Part shown: positions 1-10,913 of the stretch, piece by piece
Position numbering within the stretch: the stretch's first letter is position 1
How the letters are laid out: every line of letters begins with the position of its first letter
Source of the DNA: Trichodelitschia bisporula
Lineage: Eukaryota
Reading direction: 5' to 3'
Assembly (NCBI GenBank): GCA_010356995.1
Contig: ML996701.1
Location: 186,001 to 250,000 of the forward strand
Length of the DNA: 64,000 bases
Translations under genes and position numbers: made by a program
The notes under the pieces: model-generated
Databases searched by the model: none
The model's input: the letters and a program-made list of their open reading frames with translations, nothing else
What the model was told of the DNA's origin: nothing

Positions 1-1800
1 GCTTCCGAAGTTGGCGTGGACATCTTTACTCGTGCGTTGTCAGCTAGTTGACCATAATGTCTGTTGTAGCAGGTAGCAATAATGCCTAATTCAGTCGTTT
101 GCGAACCACAGGGTGCTTCTGTCGGCCGCTGGGCGTTGCGGTGAGCTGATGGGGCCGGACAGCAAGGTTCAACAACACTGGGAAGCAGAACTGAGACATG
201 ATCCAAAGCAGGAAGCTGAATTGGTTGCAATGACAAAGTGGTAGCATCTCGTAACAAGGTGACGTGAGGATGCTGGAACGCAAAGAGAGAAAAGCGGACA
301 GAAAGTAAGTTCATAAGTAGCGGTAGAAGGTCCAGAGAGAGCCATGAACAGACAAAGCGACCCCAACTGTCGTCAAATTTCCGGCAGGTCAAACTGGGTG
401 CCTGCACCTGCGTCGGCTTCGTTCCCGCATAACACCCGAACCCGTCTCGGACGGCAAGCAAACAGACGACAGACGAAATAGAGACATAAAAAGATGATGA
501 AGGGGAAGAAGAAGACACGTCAAGGGACTGGAGAAGACGAAAAGGAAGAGAAGGAGAGAAGGGAAGAAGGAAATTCTCTCGACTTATGTACGACGTCAGA
601 GGTACAGTCAATCCTGCCCCGCGATGGGACTTTGGGGGAAGGTACAAAGGAGATAGTTCCTGCCCGATGTGCTCTGGACCAGTCGCTGATCTCCAAAGAT
701 GGAAGGCTCGATAAAAACGCCCCCTTGCCCGCTTCAACTTCCATGGCAGGGATTAGAGGCCGCCCTACGGTCGAACCCGAGCCCAATGCCAGTCTGTGCG
801 CGCATATGGGCAACCGGTAGATGCGCAGGTGGCTTGCTGCCCGAACTATTGACATCTTGACTCTTGCAGGTCAGCGTACACCTTGGTATATTGTTGAAAG
901 TATTGATGGACACTGTGCATTGAAAAGCCACTTCGCCCTTCAGTAGAATGCATTTCTCCTAGCCCGGAAGGCTGGCCTTGTCATCAGAAACGACCATCTC
1001 TGACGGAAGCCGTCTAGACCCTTCACCAAAGAAAAGTGGCCGTGTGGGGAGCGGATGCGTCATTAATGCGGGGAGACAGAATGGAATTCACCTCAACTCG
1101 CGGGTCGGGACGAGGTGCACTGTTCAAGTGGGCAGCCTAACGGACATCACTTGCGCCGTTGAAGTTGGCGCCCGTATATTGCCGTAAACGCACTTCTACG
1201 TCCGTAGTGGCTTGCAGAATATTGGCATCTAGCGCATCGGTGGCGGTCCGTTAACATTGGCCCATAATCCGCTTGACTCTCTCATGAGAGGCATAAAATT
1301 GGTATCTTCCTTCTTCGAGACCCGCGATCGATGGCTTCGGAGTTCATTACCTGTATTGGGGCAGCTTCGTGATGCTCAAGGACGGCTCATGCTAAGTGGG
1401 AACGGTTGTGCATTATTGAGGCGTAGTTGGAGGCTCTCTCGGCTGAACCGTCGGTCGCTTCGACCTTGTATGTATTGGCGGAGGAATCTCCGAAGCCGGG
1501 GTGGGACTCGGTATTCCAGAGCCAACGTCGAGTCAGCATCAGGATTCAATCCTCAATATCATCTACCACAACTAGAGCCACGACGTGCAGTAGCTGCATA
1601 GTTAGCTGCTGGCCAATGACATTCATAGTTCCTTCCTAATATACATAGCGGAGTGGTATTTGCGCCCAAATGACACCATGATATGCTTACGCCCAGCTCC
1701 TTGTACGCATATGGCCTTTGACCCATGCGATATTGCCCATAAAACGCCTTGAGCCTCAAAGGCCGTATGCGTCACCTCGTAGCCAATGCAATAATTTCGC

Positions 1801-2178
1801 TCATCTCCCCGACTCGCTCTCTCCCTCGGGAGCTTCTATGACGGGGGGCTTCTTCTTCTCACCCAAGCTCGCGTAAAGCTGTGAGTTATCCTCTGGTTCC
1901 GTTCCCATTTGCACCGGCTTGTTTCCCCGAAAGCGCTTGCGCATGTCGATCATGCCGCGCTTACAGTCGCCGTAGCCCTTCTTCAACTGTTGGCACCGGA
2001 TGGGCAGCGTGTCGGAGAGCGGGAGGCGAATGCAGTCGGAGGGTTTGTTTCCTGAGAGTACACACTCGGACTCGGCGAGGCATTGCGCCAGAGCGGCGCC
2101 TAGGAAACAAGGTCAGCGGCGTTCTTGCGCATTGTAGATGGGGCAGGTCGTACGAATGTCCTTGCAGGAGGACGGCAT
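1801..2178 (-). CDS. PET191: Cytochrome c oxidase assembly factor Pet191/COA5 (twin Cx9C-type), 2 exons, ~107 aa
   Basis: Exon 1 2178-2154, intron 2153-2100 (GTACGA...GCTGAC...CTAG), exon 2 2099-1801. Spliced protein MPSSCKDIRAALAQCLAESECVLSGNKPSDCIRLPLSDTLPIRCQQLKKGYGDCKRGMIDMRKRFRGN has the Cys spacing and DMRKRFRGN motif typical of Pet191. Confidence 0.92.
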
Positions 2179-2603
2179 CGCGATTTGCAGAGGTTGATTA
2201 GCGACCAGTTGGTGTCAAGGGAAGGTCAGGCCAGCGCGATTTCTGGGGAAACATCAGTTATATTGCCGGTGAGAAAGAGGGCGGTGACATGTAGAAATTT
2301 AAACTTTTCACCCAATACAGGAACAAGCATGTTGGGGAACTGACGTGCGCTAACGCCTTTTGAGCTCCCTTTCACATGCTTCACTCCTGGCATTCTGCAG
2401 CACAGCCGACGCGTCATAGGATCAACGTCCCCAAGATCTCACCCACACGACCGGCAGCATTTGAAGTAGCACATGCTACGATGGCGAGCAGTGGCCGACT
2501 GACTGACCGGCCTTCCATAGCCTTTCCTTCAGCGTTGCGCGCTCCTGAATCGATGCAACGGTAGACTTAACGGCACAAACGGAACCAAAACTACGCGCCC
2601 ACC

Positions 2604-4370
2604 ATGATACCATTTCTCGGCCGCCTGCACCCATGGGAGTACCTCTCTCTGCTCGTATCCTTTATCCTTATCGGACTCGAGAGCTTCATCCGCATCATCA
2701 CACTTTGCCTCCCTGCACCCATCATCAACTTCTGCTACCGGACCTCCCGCCGTCTGTTCAATTACCTGTCGTCGCCTACCAGTCGCAAGTCGCGCAAGAA
2801 AAAGAGAGCCATTGTGACATCTATTGCCCAGGCTTCCGACTTCGTTGAACTATGCGAACTTTTCGACTACTATGCAGAGGAGCACATCGTGCAGACAAAG
2901 GACGGGTACCTGCTGGGGCTTCACAGGCTGGGATGGAAGAAGGGCGAGGAAGATCACAGAGTTAACTCTGGGAAGGGCAGCATTAAGAAGAAGGTTGTGT
3001 ACCTGCACCATGGTCTCATGATGAACAGTGAGGTGTGGGTCTGTTTGACGGAGCGAGAGCGCTGCCTACCGTTCGTGCTTGTGGAGCAGGGCTATGATGT
3101 CTGGGTGAGTACTTCATGCGGTCTGCCCCATTCTGCCACTGACTGCCCGCAGTTGGGTAATAATCGAGGCAACAAATACTCTAAAAAGTCTACTCTATGT
3201 GCCCCAACGGAGACTCGTTTTTGGAACTTCTCCATCGACCAGTTCGCCTTCCATGACATCCCAGACAGCGTCGACTACATCCTCGCTACCACTGGCCAGC
3301 CATCGCTTTCGTACATTGGTTTCTCTCAGGGAACGGCCCAGGCCTTTGCGGCACTTTCAATCCATCCTACCCTCAACGAAAAGGTTAACCTCTTCATCGC
3401 CCTTGCGCCCGCAATGTCACCGTCCGGGTTGACAAGCGGTATTGTTGACTCCTTCATCAAGTCATCACCTGACGTGCTCTTCCTTGCCTTTGGCCGGCGT
3501 GCGATCCTGGGCTCAGCAACCATGTGGCAGGCAATCCTCTATCCGCCCATCTTCGTCCGCACGATCGATATGAGCCTGGGCTTCCTGTTCGGTTGGAAAA
3601 CCAAGAATATTACGCCGCATCAGAAACTCGCTGCCTACCCACATCTTTATTCCTTTACCTCCACTAAATCTGTCGTGCACTGGTTTCAAATCATCCGCAA
3701 TGGAAAATTCCAAATGTACGATGACGAGGTACAAGGACCGTTCAAGGGTGAACGCTACTACAAGGTCGCCAAGTTCCCGACGCGCAACATAAAGACGCCA
3801 ATTGTCATGGTGTATGGGGGTCGGGACAGCCTCGTGGACATCAACGTCATGCTCAAGGAGCTACCGAAGCATACCACCGCGCAGGAAGTACCACACTACG
3901 AGCATCTGGACTTTTTGTGGGCGGACGATGTCGCCACACGGGTATTTCCAATTGTATTCGAGGCACTGGAGCAGTATGCACAAGGTGGCGAGGCGGAGAC
4001 ATCCTGGGACGACCTGCGGGCGGAGGGAAGGACGGACAGCTGGGGCGCCAGAGGCGGACGATCAGGCTCCACTCACGGACACCTTGTTAATGGCACGAGC
4101 GGCCAATCTTCAAACCACTCATCTCCAGGCATATCGGACAATACGCTGCCCGAGCACGGCACTGAGGGGTGGTCGAGTAGCTACTCAGGCCAAAGTGAGG
4201 GTGTTGACTGTGATGCTGCGAATGGTGGAGCTAAGAGGAGGGCAGCGGCGAACTCTTTCTCGCAGATTGGCGGGCGAGGTATTCGACTCGCGGCTGTTCA
4301 ACCCGTAGGCGGCGTTGTGGATGGCAAAGCAGAGGCAGAAAAGCTGAGTGGGGGTGAGGGGAAGCAATGA
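2604..4370 (+). CDS. Alpha/beta-hydrolase lipase, sterol esterase Tgl1/Yeh-like, N-terminal membrane anchor
   Basis: Motifs HIVQTKDGYLLGLHR, HHGLM, GYDVW-LGNNRGN, nucleophile GFSQG and YEHLDFLW. Likely 48-nt intron at 3105-3152. Low-complexity C-terminal tail. Confidence 0.9.
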   Translation: MIPFLGRLHPWEYLSLLVSFILIGLESFIRIITLCLPAPIINFCYRTSRRLFNYLSSPTSRKSRKKKRAIVTSIAQASDFVELCELFDYYAEEHIVQTKDGYLLGLHRLGWKKGEEDHRVNSGKGSIKKKVVYLHHGLMMNSEVWVCLTERERCLPFVLVEQGYDVWVSTSCGLPHSATDCPQLGNNRGNKYSKKSTLCAPTETRFWNFSIDQFAFHDIPDSVDYILATTGQPSLSYIGFSQGTAQAFAALSIHPTLNEKVNLFIALAPAMSPSGLTSGIVDSFIKSSPDVLFLAFGRRAILGSATMWQAILYPPIFVRTIDMSLGFLFGWKTKNITPHQKLAAYPHLYSFTSTKSVVHWFQIIRNGKFQMYDDEVQGPFKGERYYKVAKFPTRNIKTPIVMVYGGRDSLVDINVMLKELPKHTTAQEVPHYEHLDFLWADDVATRVFPIVFEALEQYAQGGEAETSWDDLRAEGRTDSWGARGGRSGSTHGHLVNGTSGQSSNHSSPGISDNTLPEHGTEGWSSSYSGQSEGVDCDAANGGAKRRAAANSFSQIGGRGIRLAAVQPVGGVVDGKAEAEKLSGGEGKQ

Positions 4371-4725
4371 GGTGCTTGAGGGTTTTATGGATTGGATAGC
4401 GTTGGGTGAAGCACGATCTGCTTTCAGTATAGAGCTGCTGCCATTAAAATTGAGTCATTTTACACTGGCATCCATGAAACATCGGTAGTGAACAGCGGAA
4501 GGCGAGCCTCTTTTCAGAATCGCACTTGCGGGAGCGTGAGCGAGCATTGAATGGGACTGCCTACTCGGCAAGATTGTGACGTTTGTTTCAGTTCAAGGCA
4601 GATGTATGTACAACCCCGCCATCTTCGCTCTAGTTTCGGAAGAACGCTGACGACTTATTGGCATAGTTTGCTGAAGTCGGAACTTCGGCATCATGCCGCA
4701 CCCCTCTGCTCAACACAATAGACGC

Positions 4726-5023
4726 TCAATCATCGTATCCTTCAGGTATCTGTCTGGGGCCGGCCGGAACTGCAAGTATGACGTTAGTGATACTCTCTCG
4801 GTCACTATGCCGGGATCATGGTCCCGGCGCACGACGTACTCGGATAGCTCAAGGGGATGTGCGGTCTCCTCTTGTCGCCCAGGCGGTAACGGATAGGAGG
4901 AATGGTGAAGGCCATAATGGGGCCGATGCAACCGATCACAATCGACCAGAAGATGGCCGGCTTCCGCACCGAAGCCCAGTGGATGTACCTCAGCGGCTGC
5001 GACCAGAACTGAGGTGTCGACAT
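4726..5023 (-). CDS. NADH:ubiquinone oxidoreductase 9.5 kDa accessory subunit (NI9M/NDUFA3-like), 2 exons
   Basis: Exon 1 5023-4840, intron 4839-4770 (GTACGT...ACTAAC...CAG), exon 2 4769-4726. Protein MSTPQFWSQPLRYIHWASVRKPAIFWSIVIG...IPLSYPIPAGPRQIPEGYDD matches the fungal 9.5 kDa subunit pattern. Confidence 0.88.
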
Positions 5024-5315
5024 CGTGTTTGCTTGTGGGAGGCAGTTGGCGGGCAACGACTGGATATTATTAGCACAATGCAGCTACACGCATCCATAGC
5101 ACATTGCACATACAGAAAGCTTGCGCGGGCGCAATTCAATCGGGTTCGCTCAGCGTTGACAGCTCCAAGCACAGGTGATGTTGCCCAGTCCCGCCGGCCG
5201 GAGGTGATGGTTTCTCCGCGACACCCTGACTGCCAAGGCCTCGAGCTCTACGAGCGACAAGGCTTACGTTTCCAGAAGCGCGACCAGCAGCGACGACTCC
5301 ATCGCTCCATTCACA

Positions 5316-6820
5316 ATGCGCTGGCTGTCATCTTTCCTCTTGCTCGCCGTGGCTGGCATTGCCAGTGCCTTGAGCGCCAGTGGAAACAGATTGCTCGTGG
5401 TCCTCGAAGATGCAGGCGAGAAGGACAAGTATTCGCAGTTCTGGACGGAACTCGAAGGTGAGCCTTGAGCTTTGGCTGCGTGTCCCATCCCGCTCCAAGT
5501 GCTAAACTTCGTGATTAGGGCGGGGATACGATATCTCCTTCGAATCACCCAAAAAGTCTGACCTCTCGCTCTTCCGTCTCGGCGAACGGTCCTTCGATCA
5601 CGTCGTTCTCCTTCCTCCCAAATCCAAGGCCTACGGACCTGCGCTCACACCCAATATCCTCCTCGATTTCTTGAAGGCCGAGGGCAACATCCTGCTCGCG
5701 CTCTCCGCCAACACACCCACGCCGAGTGGTGTTGTTTCACTGCTCCTGGAGCTTGATATTCACCTCCCGAGTGATCGCAATGCCCTGGTTGTTGATCATT
5801 TCAACTACGATGGAGTGTCAGCCGCCGAGAAGCACGACATCCTGTTAGTGTCGCCGCCTAAGGCCATCCGCCCTGATGTGAAGAACTACTTTGCGGGCTC
5901 GAGCCCCATCGCGGTGCCTCGCGCAGTCCCACAGACCCTCTGCGCGACCAGCCCCCTACTGGCCCCCGTCCTCCGCGCCCCGGGCACAGCATACAGCTAC
6001 AACCCGAAGGACGAGGCGGAGAGCGTCGAGGACCTGTTTGCCACTGGGCAGCAGATTGCGCTCGTGTCGGCGCTGCAGGCGCGCAACTCCGCGCGCATCT
6101 CGGTGCTAGGCAGCAACGAAATGCTGCAGAACGAATGGTTTGACGCAAAGGTCAAGCTCGGTGGCAAGGATGCTACTACCGGCAACAAGCTCTTTTCCAA
6201 GCAGATCTCGGAATGGACCTTCAAGGAACTAGGCGTCTTGAAGGTTGGCAAATTCCAGCACCACCTGGACGAGGGCAAGAGCAAGTCCAACGAGAGCGAC
6301 TATCCGATTAGCGAGTTGAATCCGGCCATCTACCGCATCAAAAATGATGTCGTGAGTACCTCTGCTACTTGCACCATTGTCCTGTGCTAATTCTTAGACC
6401 TTCACCATTGAGCTCTCGGAATGGGTCGACGACCACTACGAGCCCTTCGAACCACCCGCAGGAGATGAGGTCCAAGTGGAGTTTTCGATGCTCTCCCCAT
6501 TCCACCGTCTACCCTTGACTCCCGTTGGCAAGACGGCCACATCTACCCTGTACAGCACGTCTTTTACGCTTCCTGACCAGCACGGGATCTTCAATTTCCG
6601 GGTCAACTACAAGCGCCCGTTCCTCACAAATGTGGACCAGAAGCAACAGGTCACGGTGCGGCACTTTGCGCATGACGAGTGGCCTCGCAGCTGGCGCATT
6701 AGCGGCGCGTGGGTGTGGATCGGTGGCATCTGGGTGACGGTTGCGGGTTGGCTGATGTTTGTGGCCCTCTGGCTCTGGAGCGCGCCTGTCAAGCAAGCGA
6801 GCATTAAGAAGCAGCAGTGA
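5316..6820 (+). CDS. WBP1: Oligosaccharyltransferase 48 kDa subunit (Wbp1/DDOST), 3 exons
   Basis: Signal peptide MRWLSSFLLLAVAGIASA; introns 5458-5518 and ~6352-6398. Motifs LQARNSARISVLGS, FSMLSPFHRL, LPDQHGIFNFRVNYKRPFLT, VRHFAHDEWPRSW; C-terminal TM plus KKxx (SIKKQQ). Confidence 0.95.
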
Positions 6821-7821
6821 TATGGGCTCAATCTAGGCGTGTTTTACGGTGGTGAGTGTGTAAAAGTATTATGTGTACGGCGTTGGGAAGAGAAGTGATC
6901 ACATTTGTGGGCGAAGCAGTACGTACTTATGTGAGAGGCCAATGGAATGCTTCTCGAATGTCATACTCTCTGTCGCGTCGTACAGACTTATGAAGGCCTC
7001 GTACAGTCTGGGCACTGGCGATGCATGCCGATCTCCCCCCCGAACCGGCGGATAAATGGCGTATTTTTAGGTTGGAGCGTGGCGCAGCCCTAGCGGCGTG
7101 ACGGACGTGGCGGCGAGATCGCAGTGGCAGGGGGGCCGACGTCTCACGTACGACGCGGAGGTTTGCGCATCTTTTGACGTCTTAGCAATGAACTCCGGGA
7201 CGCCGATTTATGCTCCGGTTGCCGTTCTGTAGCAACCGCTGAACCCTCTTTGCCTCTCCCAAGGATCTTGGAGTGTTCTTGTAGTCCTCGTTCTCTCTCC
7301 ACTCTTTGAGCCTGCGCCTCTCTCGGCATCTCTTGTCCGACAGTCCCTAGTGGCCAACGACCACTCAACATCGAGACGCGGCTGAGGCTCACAGCGTCTC
7401 GTCGACTTAGGCCCCACGTTGGGTTCAATGCTGACGACAGCCTGAAACTATACGTAGAGGCCGTTGAGGCTGAGGCGAGCTGTGCCGGGCAGAGGGCTCC
7501 ACTCCGTCCCGCAAAGATCTTACGTTACTCCTACGTATGCGCGTTCACCGTTCACCGTTCATCCTTCGTCCTTTTCATCCATATTCGCCCCCTCATCCTT
7601 TGTTCTGTTGTGAAGTCAGTCATTGCGTTTTCTCTATTCCTTTTTGAGATATCATCACCACTGTTTCTGTTCAACTAAAAAGCTGTTTGATCATCTCATA
7701 CATAGTAACACTTTAATGCATTGCGTCGATACCCCACTCGCATCTCCACCTTCGCCTTGAGCCGTCCGTAATCCGCTTCCGCTCGACCCTTCACCTTCTC
7801 CATCTTCACTACCTCACCAAT

Positions 7822-8925
7822 ATGCATTTTAATACCTGGTCATTAGTCCTCGCGAGCTGCTGGCAAGTCGCCGTAGCGATCCCGCAAACCAGCTCTTCAA
7901 CACTGGCGTGCAACAACTCACCGTCGCTATGCAGCCGCGCATTCAATAACGTCACTCATCTTGGAGCGCACGACAGTCCGTTCGTTTCGAATTCGTCCAA
8001 CAAGTACACCTCGGCCGGCAACCAGTTCTTCGACAGTATCACTCAGCTCAACGCTGGTGTGCGGTTACTCAGCGCGCAAATCCACACAGCCGACGACTCG
8101 TCTTCGGAATTGCGTCTTTGCCACACGAGCTGCAACATCTACGATGCCGGTACACTGGTCTCCTGGCTATCCGGCATCAGCTCGTGGCTTGACGCGAACC
8201 CGAGTGAAGTAGTGACGATCCTCATCGTCAATTCTGTCAACGCCGACGCCTCACGCCTCAATACCGATTTTACCGCATCGGGTATCACCAAGTACGGCTT
8301 CAAATTCACCTCTAGCAGCACAACGACCTGGCCGACATTGCAATCACTTATCAGCGCCAACACCCGTCTAGTGACCTTTGTGGCATCACTACCCTCCGGC
8401 AATGCTGCCGCACCCTACCTTCTTGACGAATTCACCTACGTCTTCGAGAATCCCTACACCATCCTCTCCCTCAACAACTTCACCTGTATCCCTGATCGCC
8501 CCACCGCCGTTGGGGGTTCACCCTCCGCGGCAGCCCAGTCTGGCCGCATGTTCCTAATGAATCACTTCCTGGACAAGGCGCAGCTTTTCGGCGAGATCCC
8601 GGACATGGACAACTCGACCATCACCAACTCGCCGGATACGAGCATCGTAGGCAGCCTCGGCAACCATGCGGCAGCGTGCAGGTCAACATATGGGCGATAT
8701 CCGACATTTACGCTTGTAGATTGGTTTAACGTGGGACCAGCTATCGCTGCGGTCGACGACATGAATGGAATTAGCGATGCCACGGGACGGACGTCGGTTA
8801 GCTCGGCTGTGCTAAGCCAATCGGGTCAGAGCGCCTCGTCGGGAGCGTCGGGGGCACCGGCGAGGGGGAACAAGCTGGCTTTGGTGCTGGGAATAACGGT
8901 CGCCATCGTGCTTGGAAGGGTGTAG
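7822..8925 (+). CDS. Secreted, probably GPI-anchored PI-PLC-like phosphodiesterase
   Basis: Signal peptide; CNNSPSLCSR, THLGAHDS, QLNAGVRLL, LCHTSC, WLDANPSEVVTIL, LMNHFL motifs; Ser-rich linker and hydrophobic C-terminus. Confidence 0.85.
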   Translation: MHFNTWSLVLASCWQVAVAIPQTSSSTLACNNSPSLCSRAFNNVTHLGAHDSPFVSNSSNKYTSAGNQFFDSITQLNAGVRLLSAQIHTADDSSSELRLCHTSCNIYDAGTLVSWLSGISSWLDANPSEVVTILIVNSVNADASRLNTDFTASGITKYGFKFTSSSTTTWPTLQSLISANTRLVTFVASLPSGNAAAPYLLDEFTYVFENPYTILSLNNFTCIPDRPTAVGGSPSAAAQSGRMFLMNHFLDKAQLFGEIPDMDNSTITNSPDTSIVGSLGNHAAACRSTYGRYPTFTLVDWFNVGPAIAAVDDMNGISDATGRTSVSSAVLSQSGQSASSGASGAPARGNKLALVLGITVAIVLGRV

Positions 8926-9180
8926 ATGTTTTTGCTTTTGGCATATATTGGCGTTGGGGAGCTGGCGGGCACTTGCATATCCTAACCGGAGTTTGATGGG
9001 AAGGGAGGATTGGATAGACACATTATCAAAGTCATGTTGCATCAGGACTACAGGGGTCATAGGAGACAAGAGTCTCCATTCATAAGTTCGTTCATTAACT
9101 GATGCCTTGATTCATGCTGTCAACCAACAGCGGTATAGTACGTTGTACTAACTCCGTACGGATCTATACGGATTATACTC

Positions 9181-9387
9181 TGTCACGGTATGACACCCGG
9201 TTCTGCTGCTCCATGGGCTCGCACCATTACCGGGTTTGTATGGGGCTTGGTGCTGTGCCAAGCCGCCACACTCACACTCACACACCAGGCCTACTTACCC
9301 GCAGCCCCTAACATCTTTGCTCCGTAGCTTTACAATCTACGTCTTACCCACATCTTGATCGTGCATGCGTGATTGTTGACGGTGACA
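9181..9387 (+). mobile_element. 5' LTR (family A, 207 bp) of a truncated Ty3/gypsy-like retrotransposon
   Basis: Termini TGTCAC...GTGACA; near-identical inverted copy at 10666-10878. Followed by ATTGTAAAGCT (9389-9399), complementary to LTR 9326-9336, and a broken ORF from a CCACCATGG start at 9746. Confidence 0.75.
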
Positions 9388-9899
9388 TATTGTAAAGCTC
9401 CCTGTTTCAAATCATCAACACAAACCTGGGGAAGCTTCTCCCTCAAAAGAGATCACTTTCGCAGGCCCCTGAGAAAACAGAACTCTCGGAGAAACAGCTT
9501 TGCTGAATCGCGGAAGAGTCTGGAAACGTGCGAGCGTTTGCTACTAGCAATCGAACTCTGTGGCTGCCTATTCACCAGTCCACTTCTCTGTCACTGCATA
9601 ACTTTGGAAACACCACACCACGATCGCGGAGACTGCAAATCTTCTCCTCAATCGCCTACCTTCCTCCATCCACCGAACCACTCTACGCGCCTAGAGAACT
9701 AGTGGACGAGAACCTCTGTCAATTCAGATCTTAAGATATACCACCATGGATACCGAGATGTTTGACGCTGCCGCTACGGCAGCGCCCCAGGGTGGCGACG
9801 GAAACCGTCCGGTCGAGACTGGCGAGCAGGCTGTAGTCATGCCCTAGATAGCCGTTACCAAAGACCAGGAAGAAGCTGTTATCATCCTTACCCACGAGT

Positions 9900-10071
9900 C
9901 ACGTCACAGCCACGTCGCAGCCACGCACTGAGATATAATCAGCATCCTAACCCTAGCCCTAACCTAACCCTAACAGACTAAGCTAACCGTAACCCTAGCC
10001 TGATACGGCAATGTAAACCTTGGCGCCAAGATTATGTTCCTATCGCGTGGCTTTGGCGTGGCTGTGGCGTG
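9900..10071. repeat. ~172-bp element with ~41-bp imperfect inverted arms around degenerate (CCCTAA)n telomere-like repeats
   Basis: Left arm CACGTCACAGCCACGTCGCAGCCACGC...ATAATC (9900-9940). Right arm reverse complement CACGCCACAGCCACGCCAAAGCCACGC...ATAATC (10030-10071). Core CCTAACCCTAGCCCTAACCTAACCCTAA...CTAACCGTAACCCTAG (9946-9998). Confidence 0.65.
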
Positions 10072-10356
10072 CGGGAAAATCCTAGCGCCACACCCCATCA
10101 ACATCGTGACATCCAAACTTCAACACGCGATGCACGCACAAATACTTGATAAAATCAAGCGTTCTTATGTTTTGCCGCATCGCCTTGATTAGACGCATCT
10201 TTTGACACCAGTATCGGCGCTTTTTGGATGACTCTTTTGGCACCAAATTTTGATGGTTGAAAGCGTTGTCATTGGCTCGCGATTTTTGAATTTTCCTAGC
10301 GCGTCATTAGCTGCACGTGAGGGGGTGGATTTAAGAGCTCGATTTAAGAAAAAGAG

Positions 10357-10559
10357 TGTCATGGTCTCAGCACGCCAGGCCCTGCCAGTGCGTTGCTGAA
10401 CCATACCACGTGATGTAGCCGCTCGGTGCCAAGTCCAGGGTCCACTGCCACCCCACACCTGCATTTCAGTTCTAGACCTTTCACGGTTCCTCTTTATAGC
10501 AGCATTTTCAGTCATACACGCATTCAGTGCATTGGATGTCCCAGACGTTGCCCGTGACA
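10357..10559 (+). mobile_element. Solo LTR, family B (203 bp)
   Basis: TGTCATGG...CCGTGACA termini; flanks AAGAG/AAGGG (5-bp TSD with one mismatch); second copy at 35067-35268. Confidence 0.85.
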
Positions 10560-10572
10560 AAGGGGAGGTGGA

Positions 10573-10913
10573 TGTAGCCCGCCCCTATAACTAAGCGGCT
10601 CTTAGTTGAAGGGCATAGACGTTTTAATAGGTATATTAAGTATAACGTATTTTTAGAGTGAAGTGTGTCACCGTCAACAATCACGCATGCACAATCAAGA
10701 TGTGGGTAAGACGTAGATTGTAAAGCTACGGAGCAAAGATGTTAGGGGCTGCGGGTAAGTAGGCCTGGTGTATGAGTGTGAGTGTGAGTGTGGCGGCTTG
10801 GCACAGCACCAAGCCCCATACAAACCCGGTAATGGTGCGAGCCCATGGAGCAGCAAAACCGGGTGTCATACCGTGGCACTCTCACCGTTACTTAATCGTG
10901 TCAGGGGCGCACA
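10573..10913 (+). mobile_element. Possible 3' LTR remnant (family C) interrupted by the family A LTR
   Basis: A purine tract AAGGGGAGGTGGA directly precedes TGTAGCCC at 10573; candidate end GGGGCGCACA at 10913. Single copy in the window, so the boundaries are inferred. Confidence 0.35.
10666..10878 (-). mobile_element. LTR family A, second copy in inverted orientation (213 bp)
   Basis: Reverse complement aligns to 9181-9387 with few substitutions and one extra 6-bp unit in the CACACT microrepeat. Confidence 0.8.

Noticed and set aside
1..600. Possible 5' end of a minus-strand gene (CT-rich leader, ATG at 23 giving MSTPTSE, upstream 37-codon ORF reminiscent of cpcA/GCN4 uORFs)
   Set aside because: Only 23 nt of putative coding sequence; the ATG could equally follow an intron acceptor (GCTGAC...AAG). 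Not supportable from this window.
9946..10000. True telomere or telomerase RNA template
   Set aside because: Repeats are degenerate, internal and inside inverted arms in a TE island; no other telomerase RNA features were recognised.
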